Shown here: positions 30,940 to 43,727 of the stretch, piece by piece
Layout: every line of letters starts with the position of its first letter
Numbering within the stretch: the first letter of the stretch is position 1
Origin: Eledone cirrhosa
Lineage: Eukaryota
DNA length: 64,000 bases
Direction: 5' to 3'
Assembly: GCA_964016885.1 (NCBI GenBank)
Contig: OZ024746.1
Span: 46,810,001 to 46,874,000, forward strand
Made by a program: the position numbers and the translations under genes
Notes under the pieces: model-generated
Told to the model about the DNA's origin: nothing
Database searches by the model: none
Seen by the model: only the letters and a program-made list of their open reading frames with translations

Positions 30940-31021
30940 ATATGTGTATGTGATCATGTTGTCTGGTATGTGTGCTTGTGTGTATGTGCTTCAACATAGC
31001 CTTCTATTTACAGAAAACTAT
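30635..31021. repeat. Inverted repeat around (TA)n
   Basis: 30635-30722 is the reverse complement of 30935-31021. A shorter third copy lies at 31278-31335. Confidence 0.85.
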
Positions 31022-31036
31022 ATATATATATATATA

Positions 31037-31111
31037 TTAATATAGATGAGATTCTACAGGACTAGAACTGTTTTATTCTTTAGAAATCATCAGGAATCTC
31101 ATCTATATTAA
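31037..31111 (-). ncRNA. Hammerhead motif (G12A mutated) closed by an 18-bp perfect stem
   Basis: Minus strand: TTAATATAGATGAGATTC-CTGATGA-TTTCT-AA-AGAAT-AAAAC-AG..CT-GTA-GAATCTCATCTATATTAA. The homologue at about 53730-53780 retains GAAAC. Confidence 0.75.
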
Positions 31112-31185
31112 AACTTTTATACTCAGCTATGTATTGCGTACCTTACTTACTGTGGTTACCTCCGATTCAACCCGGAATAACGTAC

Positions 31186-31244
<59 letters not shown>

Positions 31245-34200
31245 CGAAGAAAAACGATGGAGTTTCGTTTATATATATATGTTATATATGTCTGTGTGCT
31301 TGTGTTTCTACATAGCCTTATATTTGCAGAAAACCATTTGAGTATGAAATGCAAATAATTATAAAGACACATGACCATCATATTATAGAGGAAAGACGAG
31401 ATAGAGAGAGAAAGAGAGAGAGGAAGAGAGAGGGAGAGAGAGAGAAAAAGAGAGAGAAGGAGAAAGATAGAGAAAGGGGGAGAGGAATGAGAGAAAGAAA
31501 ATTAGAAAAATATCAAGTGAGAAAATAAGTAAGCATACACAGATAATGGAAAAGAGAAATAGAGAGATTGGATGATAATAATAGTGTGTGAGTGGACATT
31601 GAGATATAGAGAAAGAAAAAGATGCATAAGTGATCACATTTTCAAGACATTAACATTGCACTCTGCAGAAATATCAGCAAATTTGCATAAGTTAGTGTGC
31701 TGCGAGGGAGATGATATAACTGACATTATAACAAAGTCGTTTTGTCAGGAACACCACCGTTAGTTTCCCCGGTCTCTTGTTTTTATTATTCCTAGCAATG
31801 TTTTGTAACCTTTTCATAACACAAAGAACTCTTGCATCGGGCTCACTGGGAGAGTTTATTCATTTGCTTGACTTGCTAGTAATAGCAGCTAAATTCTTTC
31901 ATATCACAGCCTTCTGCCTTAAACAAATAAAGACAAGTGCACAATAATATAGTTCTACATATACAAATAACTGAGAGAGTCACGGCTGAAATACCTTTTC
32001 TATTAAAGAAAACTCGCATTACCAAAATGATATCTCTCACTCGCACAAAACCGTAAATTTGTAAGGATGGACATGATTAGTTGAATCTAATGAAACTCAA
32101 AATAGACACCAGGGAGAAGTCAGATGGTAAATATGCATAAAGTAAAACAGTGAGGGATTTTCTCCACTGACGCTCTACTTATCCAGAAAAGAAAGAAAAA
32201 AAAACAGGAAACAATGTTGATTTCTAATATTGATACTTGGTCAAACATTTGTCGGGTGAGGAGACTTATTTCAGTGGGTCAGCCTAAATTTTATGTGAGT
32301 TTCTTCTGCACCGGGAAGTGTTCCTTTAAGTTTTGAGGTGTGTGTAAATTTCGTTTTATAAACTACATTTATTCTGCTTGGTTGCGGATATTGTTTTGTT
32401 ATTATGTGTACTATTTACTGTTTCTTCTGGTTTATATTTTATAATGTACTAGATATTTTATATTATAGATCGTGTTCGTTTGAATGTTAAAATCAAACTT
32501 AGCTAGTAAAATTCGGGTTCAGTATATGGTGTGTCATGGCTAAAAATTGCAATATATGTAAAACGTTCCGTTATTCTTACTATATCGCAGACATACTTTC
32601 GTAATATACTTTTTCTAATAATGGCACGATATGGTACATTTGCAGAGCATTGTATAGTCGATTATAATGACCCCAGTATTTATCTATTATTATATTCTAA
32701 CAACTCAGAAAAGACAAACAGCAACTGTGAGCTTGACAGAATTTGAGCTCATTATCTAAAGGCCTCTAACTAAATACGTCACGTTGTCTTATCCAATGTT
32801 CTAATGATTCTGTCAATAAGGTCATAGTGACCTTTTAGCTAACAGAATCTATCAACCTCTAATTTCTTTGCCTATCATTATTTTTGGGTTGGAAATATAA
32901 CATAGCCATCATGTAATGTAGTCGATTTAATCGATGAAACCTCAATTTCAATGTTATTAGAAAGATTGTAATTGGCAAAATCGTTAGCGCATCCTATAAA
33001 ATGCCTTGTGATCTTTATTCCAGCCTTTTACATTCTGAGTTCAAATCCCGTTGTAGTCAACTTTGATATTTTTATTTCTACGGTCGATCGACAGAATCCA
33101 ATAAATTCTTCCTGTAAATTGCTGGTTTTATATCTAAGTTACTTTAATTTTTAAACCCCGATAATCTGATTTTATTGATCGAAAGTGTAGCAAAATATAA
33201 GGACTTAAATACTTCTAGTGTCTCTCTTTATTAAGGTAGGCATAGTTATATTCTTTTTGTGGTGTACAACAATGGAGTTAGTTTGTTTTTCGCAAATGTT
33301 GACCGATGTAATGTTGAAAGGAATCGAAGTGGTGGGAGGCAGTTACAACAGCTGTAGTGAAACAAACGCTAAGCATGTCGGTTGCTCGGAAAATATTTGT
33401 TTTGAATGAGCAAACAAGGCAAATGTTTTCAGTGACAGATTCCCATAAAACCCGTTGACCAACGCAACCATCACAACATCCAGCACTGTTCACATAATAT
33501 AAATAGTTCAGAAGTAAAGAAGGCTTTACAGCAACAACAATCCCACCACAGCAAAAAAAGAAAATGAGGATTAAGAAAAGTAACAAAAAAAAACAAAAAA
33601 ACATTAACAACTTGTTTAGCAATAATGATAACAACAAAAAATAGGGAACCAAGAGTAAAAACAGAAAGTGTTACATCATCACCATCGCATAAGTAAACAT
33701 TAACTCCCATGATCATTTCAAGTCAGATTGTAGAATAGCTTCTTTCGTAGATGGAACAAAACAAACAGAACGCTTAATATTAAAGAAGTAATCATTACGA
33801 GGGGATAGGAAGCTAGTGAGAAATGAAGGCAGAAAGATGTTCATATACGTGCCGCTAGATGTGATACACGGGACATACTAATGCATAGATGCACGGGACA
33901 TACTAATTCTTTTTTATAAAGACGTGGCATGGAGAAAGGCTAACTCGTGTACAAGAGGAAAAATGTCTGAAGACATTTTTTTCAATCGATGCAGACATAA
34001 TGAAACAGTAGCTGTAAGGTTTGCCTCTATAAGACCCTGTCTCAGCTGTAGAAAGATCAACATGAAATGTATCAATGAAGATTACTAACTACACAAGTAT
34101 GCACAACAAACGAGGTGGGTTTTGACGAATTCATGTACAAACATCACAACATAGACACTTATACAAACACTTAGATATATAGAACTGAAAATAAATTTTC

Positions 34201-36335
34201 CCTGAGATACATGCCTCTTTCGCAAGCCGTTCTAGAAGAAATCCTACTCTCTCTCTCTCTCTCAAACACACACACATACATATATGTATATATGTATATA
34301 ATTATATCTGTATATACACGGAGTGTATATCCTAATATGTATAAGAAGATTCACATTTTTAATATGCACACATGTAACGATGCCACAAAATACGAATTTC
34401 CCTTTAAATTGAAAAAATGATAAACACCATTAATCAATTTTCTGACTTAGCTTTGTCCTAGTCTGCAGGCACGTATATCATTTAAACTACTCCGAGGAAA
34501 CGCGTATTTGACGGGCTTATATGCTTATTTGCTCTGAAATGGACGTACTAATTTACATATACATACATATTAGTATGATGGGCCGTTTTTACTTATGAAA
34601 ACATATGTGCTTGTACTCGTGTTTTGTAATGAATTTACTAATATATCAGACCTGCCAACCTATAAAAACCCAAACAGGGAATACCATCAAAACATGTGCC
34701 CTAAAATGGAGAGAAATGAGGCAAAATGGGGAGTTTACATAATGAAAGCTATACCCATTTTCACAAGAGAAGACATCTCTCACCCACCCTAAAGTGGCTG
34801 GGAGATCTCCCCGTCGGACGGGGAGAGTTGACTGGTTTGATATATATATATGCGTAGGAAAAGGGAAAACTACGTTTTTGACAAGCATATTTTGTCTTCC
34901 AATTTATCTAATTTATTACAACAAGGGTTACCCCCCTTCAAAAAGGTTGACCCCCCCCCCCTCCAACTTAATTAAGCAAAAATGGGATAATAATTAGTAA
35001 TTGGCAGAGTAATGACTGAAACAGCGACGAGATTTTAACTCAAATCAATTTTCGAATAAAGCAGTACTTTTTAATCGATTCTCTGCTAATCCTTATTCCC
35101 GCAGCGTGCTGTGTAGCGAATTACTTATGATTAAAAGTCAAAATGTCATTCGTGACGGGAAAACGATACGAACTTGCAACAACATTTTTAATTGTGTGGT
35201 TTATGTACTTCAATGCTTAAGTACGATACTTATATATGTCGAAATAAAATGTTATGCACGCACAAGCAGAGATTATATGCTTTCCAGTAATTTTTGTTGA
35301 GAACATCCAGATTATTTATCGTCTCTATTCCTTGTTTAGTACAGGATATGTGATTTTTTGGTGACTCGGTTGTTATTTATTGTAATTCATTGTCTTCGTA
35401 GTTTCTTTACTTTCATATACAGCGTTTTTGCATTTACATCTCGACGAGGTCATCGTTGTTGGCGAAATCGACTTTGCATATCAGACCCACGATATTCTTC
35501 TTTTCTTACGCTGCGCAGTGTACTTTACATGTGTGTAAATTTACACGGAAACGCATGTAGAGGTTCAAGTGTCCGGAAGCCGTTTTGAGGGCTGATAGAA
35601 TACAAAAAGCTGAATTAGATGCAAAAATTGTTGGAGCTGATGTAACAAGGTGATAGATGAAGTGATAGATGGTAATGCCAAGCTCACTATTTTTAATTCA
35701 GCTTTTATGTTTACTTATTGGGTAATGACCCAAAAAACACGATCGTGAATAAGAGTGACTATTTGGAGTAATGCTACTCAATTGGGAGCGTAGCCGGGAG
35801 TTCAGAGAGGCGCTCGAGTCAGAGCTACTACTTCCCCAAGTAGAGCGATCACAGTTCCGTCTATCAAGTTGGTTTGATAAAATAACTACGATGAATACAT
35901 TATGTTCATTCAATCGACTATACTCACTTCGGCTCAAAATATTTGCTTTGTACCTTATCAAGATATTTCTTTATTGCAGTTGAAGAATATCTAGTTTCTT
36001 GCCAAAGGAATAATTACCGTTCTAAATCTTCCTATGTCATTCACTGCCATGATTTCCAGCCAGATCTGTGTTTTTTTTTTTTTTACTTCTTAAACTGTAT
36101 ATATTGTAGATTCTGATTGGTATTTCGATCGAGTTTATTCTCTGTCACATATCCAAATACCTGTAACCGGATATCGTTACATTCAGCTAATGATATATAG
36201 TTTATAGTATACCATTTTGTTTTTCATTTACAGATTTACAGATAAAAAGAATGTTGTTCTAACAAGAACACTAAATGAAACGCTCCTCTTCAGATGCCAA
36301 ATATACATACACACCCACCTATCACACGCACCTCT

Positions 36336-36392
<57 letters not shown>

Positions 36393-37170
36393 TATATATA
36401 CATATATACATTTGTGTGTTTGAACGAATATATACGTAGGCATATATGTGAGAGTGTATGAGTGCGTGAGAGTGTGTGTGTGTCTGCGTATCTATGTGAA
36501 TATAAAATGGAGGCGAAAACATATGTGGGGGAGCATTCTGAATGCGGTTATCAAAGTGTGAACCTTTCAGTTATGGAGCAGACTCAGAAGTCAGAAGAAG
36601 CTATATTTGAAGTTTAATGGAGTTAGCAAATGAAACCTTGAAACAACTGTGACGAAGGAGCCGAACGTTGTTAAGATTCAGATACCAGTTTTGCTAGGCA
36701 CACACATTCGGTTTCTTCCATTGAACTGCATAACACAAATGTCGGATCACTTCTTGTTAGCACTCCTTTGTAACTGTTTGTATTTGCGATGCGTAATCGG
36801 AGTGCAGAACCCCTCGGTAATCGAAGAAAACAGACTCACCTTGACTTTAGTCCGGTTGTGTCGTGATTCCTGGGCTTTGGCAATGTTGGATGCTTCAACA
36901 GTGATGACTGAAAATTGCTGGTTTTTAGGTTACATACGTACATCTACGATTCCTCAGCAATTATCACGGTATTCACAAACTCGGGTTCCTTATTGGCTGT
37001 GTCAGCCGGAATTAAAAGGAAAATAATAATTGGTACAGCACCTCACATACTTGCTGCCTAACAATAATGACTGATACATCTCCTCAGCAGATTTTCGTCA
37101 CCACAATATCATTACTCACATCAGTACAGGAAAATAATTATGTCGGACATTATATATATATATACGTATA

Positions 37171-37215
<45 letters not shown>

Positions 37216-37233
37216 GTAGAACATGTTTGGTAG

Positions 37234-37327
37234 AAGTAGTTCCACAACTGTTAATTCAACCGAGCTGAGGATTCGAATAAGGTGAAACTTTTGTTCTCAG
37301 TATGGTAAATTAACTGTTGTGGAACTA

Positions 37328-37330
<3 letters not shown>
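37234..37330 (+). ncRNA. Hammerhead motif inside a 23-bp inverted repeat
   Basis: GAG-CTGAGGA-ttcgaataaggt-GAAAC-TTTT-GTT-CTC (37262-37298). The arms 37234-37256 and 37308-37330 differ by one mismatch. Confidence 0.65.
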
Positions 37331-37384
<54 letters not shown>

Positions 37385-37764
37385 GTTTGATACAACTATA
37401 AATATGGAGGGTAGTACTAAGTACTAGCCGGTTACCGTTATGACAAAAGGCTCAATGCAAATTTTCAAGTGTTTTACAGAGCTGAGATACAAAGTGTTAA
37501 AACGATCAAATTTTAGTTTAGAACATTTATTTGCTGATAATTGTTTCTTCCAGAGGGAAGTCTGAAATATATACGTGTGTGTGTGTGATTAAATATTGGC
37601 GTTGGCATTGTCCCGTAATTACTGGAGGAGTCATAGGGGCATATCTAGGGCATTTTAAAATTTGGTGGAGCCCACTCCTCCCCAGGTCTGAATATAACAC
37701 ATTTCTTCGAGAGAAGAATACAGTGAGAGAATGGAAGTGAGAAATTGATATAGAGTAAGAATCG

Positions 37765-37880
37765 GTCCCATTATTTGTTTGGTACTTTTTTCATCAAACT
37801 GGAATGGATGAAAGGCAAAGTTGACCTCGGCGGTATTTGGACTCGGAGAGCAAAGAGCCGAACCGAATACCGCCAGGCAT
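37765..37880 (-). mobile_element. Partial diverged SINE
   Basis: ggatgaaaggcaaagttgacctcggcgg core shared with the other SINE copies. Confidence 0.7.
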
Positions 37881-37890
37881 TCTCATCGCG

Positions 37891-37946
<56 letters not shown>

Positions 37947-38775
37947 TCTATTTGTATGTTTTTGTCTGTGCTATGTATGTATATTTATATGTATCGCATT
38001 AATCCTTTAATGAATATAAATGTACTCAGTCTTCACATTTTAATCCGATTTTCCATTTCGTTAAGTGGAAAAATTATTCGTTAAGTTCGCAAAATTTCGT
38101 TAAGTTCGCAAAATTATTACACGCAACCTTTCCCTAAGCAGTGTATATTTGTTTGCTGGCTGATGAAACAAATCGAAACACTGACATGTTATTTTACTCA
38201 GGACATAATGTAATGTGATGTTCGTCGGCTGAACTATATGAGAGAACCCTCTACTTGGTTGGTGCAGTTGCTATAAATAACAGCCTTTTTTCTTAAATCA
38301 AACCTTTCCGAGAAAACACCACATGATTTATTCGTAGATAAATAAAATGTAATGATCAAAGCTGGAATGTTTCGACTTTATGTCTGATTCATCAGGGTTG
38401 ACCTACACTAACAGAAAAGGAATTTAAAAATCTTGAACTGTGAATAGTATATTTCATTTAATTGTAAGAAGCTGACAGTCCAAATCTTCAAATTTGTATA
38501 GAGTTTTACGTTTTACCAGAAAAATGAATTCCATTCAGCATTACAGTCTATGTATGTAATATGCTGCACCTAGATTTGGCTATTGAATAGTTTCCTATCT
38601 TGGCCACGAACACAATACTAAATATGAATCACATCTTCCAGCTTGTTTACCAAGTCATTAATCTATTTTCATTTTATGTCATTATTTACTAAGCATTTAA
38701 CTAAATAAACACTTATTAAATGAAATAATACAGAAATAATAAGCTAGTCACAGGAATCAAGAACTTTGCACTTAC

Positions 38776-38975
38776 AGCTGATATCTTAACTTCAACAAGT
38801 TTCATTCTTTCTTCTCCATAAAACACTTCTATTAAGAGTTGAGACGCCAAAGGTGAAATGACATGAACTTAATGATGGAATCAATGTGGTTCCACAAGTA
38901 CGAATGTAAATGTTTCCACTTGGGCTCGATAAATCTAAAGTACGATTACTTTCTTGGAGATAATTTGATAACATC
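38776..38975 (-). other. Candidate isolated exon (splice signals only)
   Basis: The minus strand has acceptor tttctctattcag and donor gtaagtg around 200 nt of non-repetitive sequence. No frame is fully open. Confidence 0.25.
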
Positions 38976-39127
38976 CTGAATAGAGAAACGTGTTTGTTGT
39001 ATTAATATATTCAGCTTTATATTTTATATCGACCCAAAAAGGCAAACACACAGGCACGCACACACGCACACCCACATACACACACACATACACACACTCA
39101 CACACACACATATATATGTGTATTTAC

Positions 39128-39161
<34 letters not shown>

Positions 39162-40089
39162 AAGTATATAACATGTATATATATGTGTGTGTGTGTGTGA
39201 GAGAGAGAGAATGTGTGTATGTAAATGTGCATGGTCTAACTAGTGGTTTGGAGTGTTGGACTTACGATTATAATGTAGTGGTTTCGATTCCTGGACAGAG
39301 TTTTGTGTTGTGTATCGACATACAGCGTTTCTATGGCACATTTTAGAGCCGGCATGCTGTTTCTAAGCTTCAATGAAGACATATACTGTTTTAAAAGACC
39401 ACCACCGATATTCGTATGAAAGGATTTTCTATTAACTTTAATATAGTGTCTAATAGGTTGGGAAGAGATACAGCTTTTGAATAATATATTACATAGTTTA
39501 TTTGTGCAAATATCATATAGCTAATATTTGCATATTAAATCAGGTCACAGGATTAAGTGAGCGTGAAAACAGTTTTATTTCATTTGAAGTTATATTATTT
39601 AATGTAATGTTTTATCTTTCATTTGTTTAAATACTTTAATTCATAAGGTAATTTCAAATATCAGTGGAAGGCAAAGTATCTTAGAGTAAACCAACCGTGG
39701 AAACAAAATATTTTTTGAAATGTGTGAGAAACCTATAAATATAAAAACTGACAAAAGATGCGATTATGTTGATTGGAGTTCCTCATAGAAACAACAACCC
39801 AACCAGGAACTGGGCATATCAGAGTATTTACAAAGTTAAACACCTCAACAATATGTGTGCTAGTCTCTACCACACTAATTCGGACTTCCTGAAGAGGTCA
39901 CAGCCAAAGATGGCTGTCACCGAAATATATATAGCAGTAATAAACGAAGCGAAATTTTAAATATTTGACTTATTTATTTTTATTTATTTTACATTACTCC
40001 GGAGTAACCAAAGCAAACTGCGCACTTCGGTAAATAACCAACATATACTCAAAATTTATATATATATATATATATATATACAAAAAATG

Positions 40090-40144
40090 TTTACACACTT
40101 TTATTAGAATGGTGTTGAAGTGTGTATACATTTTGTGGGGACAC

Positions 40145-40150
<6 letters not shown>
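40090..40150 (-). mobile_element. Possible Tc1/mariner terminal inverted repeat fragment
   Basis: The minus strand reads TA-CAGAGTGTCCCCACAAAATGTATACACAC, typical of Tc1/mariner ends. No partner end was found. Confidence 0.45.
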
Positions 40151-40181
<31 letters not shown>

Positions 40182-40986
40182 AGAGTCAGGACCCCCGACG
40201 ACTGAGCTCCGGCCGTTTCGACAGCTAGATCTGAACGGATCTTTGTTATATATATATATATATATTCGGGGCAATAGAATTGAATCCAACCACCAACAAC
40301 ATAGCTGGATGACCGATAATCACACCAAACCGGAGTACTGTGATCCTTGTGATTTCGAGATATACAACCACTGACACTGTTACGAAGACCAGAAAACCAT
40401 ACTCCATAATATTGAACCAAGTGATTGATTTGTGCAACCAAAATAACACCACACACATATTGAACTAGGAATATTGGATCCTCCGTCAATGTCCGGGTGA
40501 GCAAAAATAGATTTCTATCTGCATTGGAATTTACGAACTTGTGCATCTGCTGTGGTATCAAAAACAAACGCGCATGACCGCACAGATAAACAATGGACTA
40601 TGCCACGTGGCTTGAACCTGTAAGTGAATTGAAGGTTCTGTAACTCTGATACACAGATTATTTATTATTAAGATGTATAAACTTGACATAACTATAATCA
40701 TCTTATATTCTCTCAACTAATCACATTTGATCATACTTCTCTATCCCGTTTTCTCCCCCCATAATTATAATATTTTTATTTTTATTTGAAAAAATCGGTT
40801 TTTTTACATTGTGTTTTCCCCTCCAAGTACTCGCTTATATTTCTTTATATATTCTCTATATATTTTTTTACATATATATTTTTTATCTTTATTATTTCCA
40901 CTTTTATCCTCCTTTATATTTTACCTTATTCTTACTTTTATACCTTATTATAGTGTAATCTTCCCCATGCCTTATTATACATTATT

Positions 40987-41172
40987 GGTGGATTGGCAGT
41001 ATCGGTGCAGGGTGTTCGACGCCATGCTTTCCAGCATAGTTACGTCCCTTTACGATCTGAGTTCAAATCCCGCCGAGGTTGACTTTGCCTTTCATCCTTA
41101 CGGGGTCGATAAAATAAAGTACCAGTAATGAACTGGGTAATTGCTGGCCTTGTGCCTAAAGTAGAAACAATT
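40987..41172 (+). mobile_element. tRNA-derived SINE
   Basis: Close match to 22827-23024. Confidence 0.88.
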
Positions 41173-41505
41173 AATTATAGATTATTATTATTACTCTTTT
41201 TCCATTTCTAATTACCTCATGTACTTTCTCCTCCGTTATATATATATATTGTATGCCCTTTGTGTTTGTGTAGCCTCTGCACACCCTCTGCACCATACTA
41301 TCGACGCCACCCCATCTATGGTTCAGCTAACCACTCGACTCCCGGGAATGAATATGACCGCAGCTAGTAAACAAGGACCCACACCCCACCCTCCCGCACC
41401 AAAATTAGACTTATCGTCCCCTACTTTTGCTCTTTACTCTCTTTACTCTTTGTTCTTGAATGTTTGGTTGGTAGAGTCCATAACACCAATCAAACCCCTT
41501 TTATA

Positions 41506-41550
41506 GCTCTGACGAATCCTACGGTTACGTAAGGAAAAAACATTGTAAGC
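41506..41550 (+). ncRNA. Decayed hammerhead motif
   Basis: GCT-CTGACGA-ATCCT-ACG-gtta-CGT-AAGGA-AAAAAC-ATT-GTA-AGC, then AATAAA. The GAAA core appears mutated. Confidence 0.5.
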
Positions 41551-41610
41551 CAATAAAAATCTTTTGATGTTGTAGACGCTCTTGTGTTCTTTATCATATA
41601 TATATATGTG

Positions 41611-41668
<58 letters not shown>

Positions 41669-42097
41669 TAAGTGTGTGTGAGAGTGATTATGAATGTACA
41701 TAAATAAACATAAATTTAATTAACTGTTTTCATTATTTTGCCAGAAAGTCATACATAGCCCAGCCTATTAATTAACGAAAAGAAATGCTGAAAACTATCC
41801 AGACATCGTTATTTGATATTTACATTTCCTTTAGATATACAATCTATCCGTACGATTGAAAATTTAAAAATGGAAAGACACAATAAACAATATTGTATGA
41901 AGATCTCGCTTCCCAACATTAATATTGTCACGGAAAACATTTATAATCTTGTATTTTATTGGCAAAAGGTTACTGATTGTTCTGCCTGTTGGCATTTCAC
42001 AATCAACGGACAAGTGTTTTATTTTCTGTTCTTAGAATTTCTTTATATTAATCATTGTTGTTTTAAACTTCACGGGCAACCAACTGTGGGGGTTTAA

Positions 42098-42132
<35 letters not shown>

Positions 42133-42138
<6 letters not shown>

Positions 42139-42217
42139 ATACTTGGGGAGGGTCATATTTGCGTAACATTGCCAGAATTAATAACAGAACACACTCATTG
42201 TTTGGTTGGTTTTCGCT
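42133..42217 (-). mobile_element. pLTR tail fragment of the PLE family at 18385-20826
   Basis: Reverse complement of 20740-20826, flanked by (TA)n. Confidence 0.8.
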
Positions 42218-42218
42218 A

Positions 42219-42253
<35 letters not shown>

Positions 42254-42264
42254 CATATATATAT

Positions 42265-43031
42265 ATTAAGATAAGCAGAACAAGTAAAATTCAATCAATT
42301 TTTCAAAATACATTAAAAAATATAATATAAATATTTACCTCTTCTAGTGGCCCTTACTGATCAGTTTCGCTTTGTAAAACCTCATAAATCCGATGGATTT
42401 ATGATGGAAAACCAAAGCTCATCAGAGAAGCATTTTCCCTTCCTAGGGCTAAACGTCCCAGGAACGACAAAATATACAACCTCCTGCCAGCTAATAAAGG
42501 TCTGAAAGGTCAAAAAATTGACCCGTATGTAAACTGGACCGAAGTAAAAGCGAGAAAATCAAAGACTTGCTGTCTGCAATTACTACTAAAAAAATAGCAG
42601 CCAAGTAGAGCAACAGGGTTATTCTCAACGGACGGAGAAAAAGGTAGAAGTTAATATGTCCAGGGATACTAAGTACCCCTAGAAATACATAGGTTGTCTA
42701 TGATTCAAGGTTGTTCAATGGTGTTAATTTGATACACCAGAACTTTAATATTAAGATAAGCAGAACAAGTAAAATTCAATCAATTTTTCAAAATACATTA
42801 AAAAAACATTAAAAAATATAATATAAATATTTACCTCTTCTAGTGACCCTAGGTAAATATTTATATTATATTTTTTAATGTATTTTGAAAAATTGATTGA
42901 ATTTTACTTGTTCTGCTTATCTTAATATTAAAGTTCTGGTGTATCAAATTAACACCATTGAACAACCTTGAATCATAGACAACCTATGTATTTCTAGGGG
43001 TACCTAGTATCCCTGGACATATTAACTTCTA
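42265..43031 (-). mobile_element. Short non-coding PLE-like unit: partial tandem (485-bp period) plus inverted segment
   Basis: 42265-42350 is repeated at about 42750-42848. About 42645-42836 is inverted at 42852-43031, with internal deletions. Contains a hammerhead and is flanked by (TA)n. Confidence 0.8.
42351..42429 (-). ncRNA. Type I hammerhead ribozyme with long stem II
   Basis: Minus strand: TTCT-CTGATGA-GCTTTG...TCATAAATCC-ATC-GGATTTATGA...CAAAGC-GAA-ACTGATCAGT-A-AGGG. Confidence 0.82.
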
Positions 43032-43076
43032 CATATATATATATATATATGAATATATATGTATATATAGATATAT

Positions 43077-43166
<90 letters not shown>

Positions 43167-43167
<1 letters not shown>

Positions 43168-43640
43168 TTGTAATATAATGAAACGAAATTTCATTTCTCA
43201 CTCTTAGTACGGCACTTACTTAAATGTAAGTATGTATGTATACGTACATACATATATGTATACGTACATACATATATATACATACAGGTACACATATATA
43301 TATGTACGTATCAGTTTAGCAAACGTTTATTATAACGCCCGCTTTGTCCGTTTGTAAACAAGCGAACAGCCTGATTTATGCCATACGGTGTTAAGGCAAC
43401 ACGTCACCTTTTTGTTCAACACTGACACAGGAACGATGTACTAGTTTCAAGCTTGTTAGCTATCATCAGCACCGTATACCCTTCTGCCAGATAGTTGAAC
43501 GTTCGAAAGTATATACTTTCCTTATGAAAATAACGGCTGAGCAGCCTAATTTGCATATCGAGTGAGTTCAGTCCGCCAGGCGTACCGAAAACGATAAGTT
43601 GTAATATAATGAAACGAAATTTCATTTCTCACTCTTAGTA
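43167..43640 (-). mobile_element. Short non-coding unit with ~42-bp direct terminal repeat and a hammerhead
   Basis: gttgtaatataatgaaacgaaatttcatttctcactcttagta occurs at 43167 and 43598. Confidence 0.7.
43433..43475 (-). ncRNA. Minimal type I hammerhead ribozyme
   Basis: Minus strand: ACGGTG-CTGATGA-TAGC-TAACAA-GCTT-GAAAC-TA-GTA-CATCGT. Stem I is 6 bp and stem III is the palindrome ACTAGT. Confidence 0.85.
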
Positions 43641-43727
43641 TTGAGTACCTTACTTACTGTGGTTACCTCCGATTCAACTCGGAATAACGTATATATATAC
43701 ATACATACTATATATATATATATATAC

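Noticed and set aside
38155-38195. CTGATGA...GAAAC hammerhead-like string
   Set aside because: No stem I or stem II pairing.
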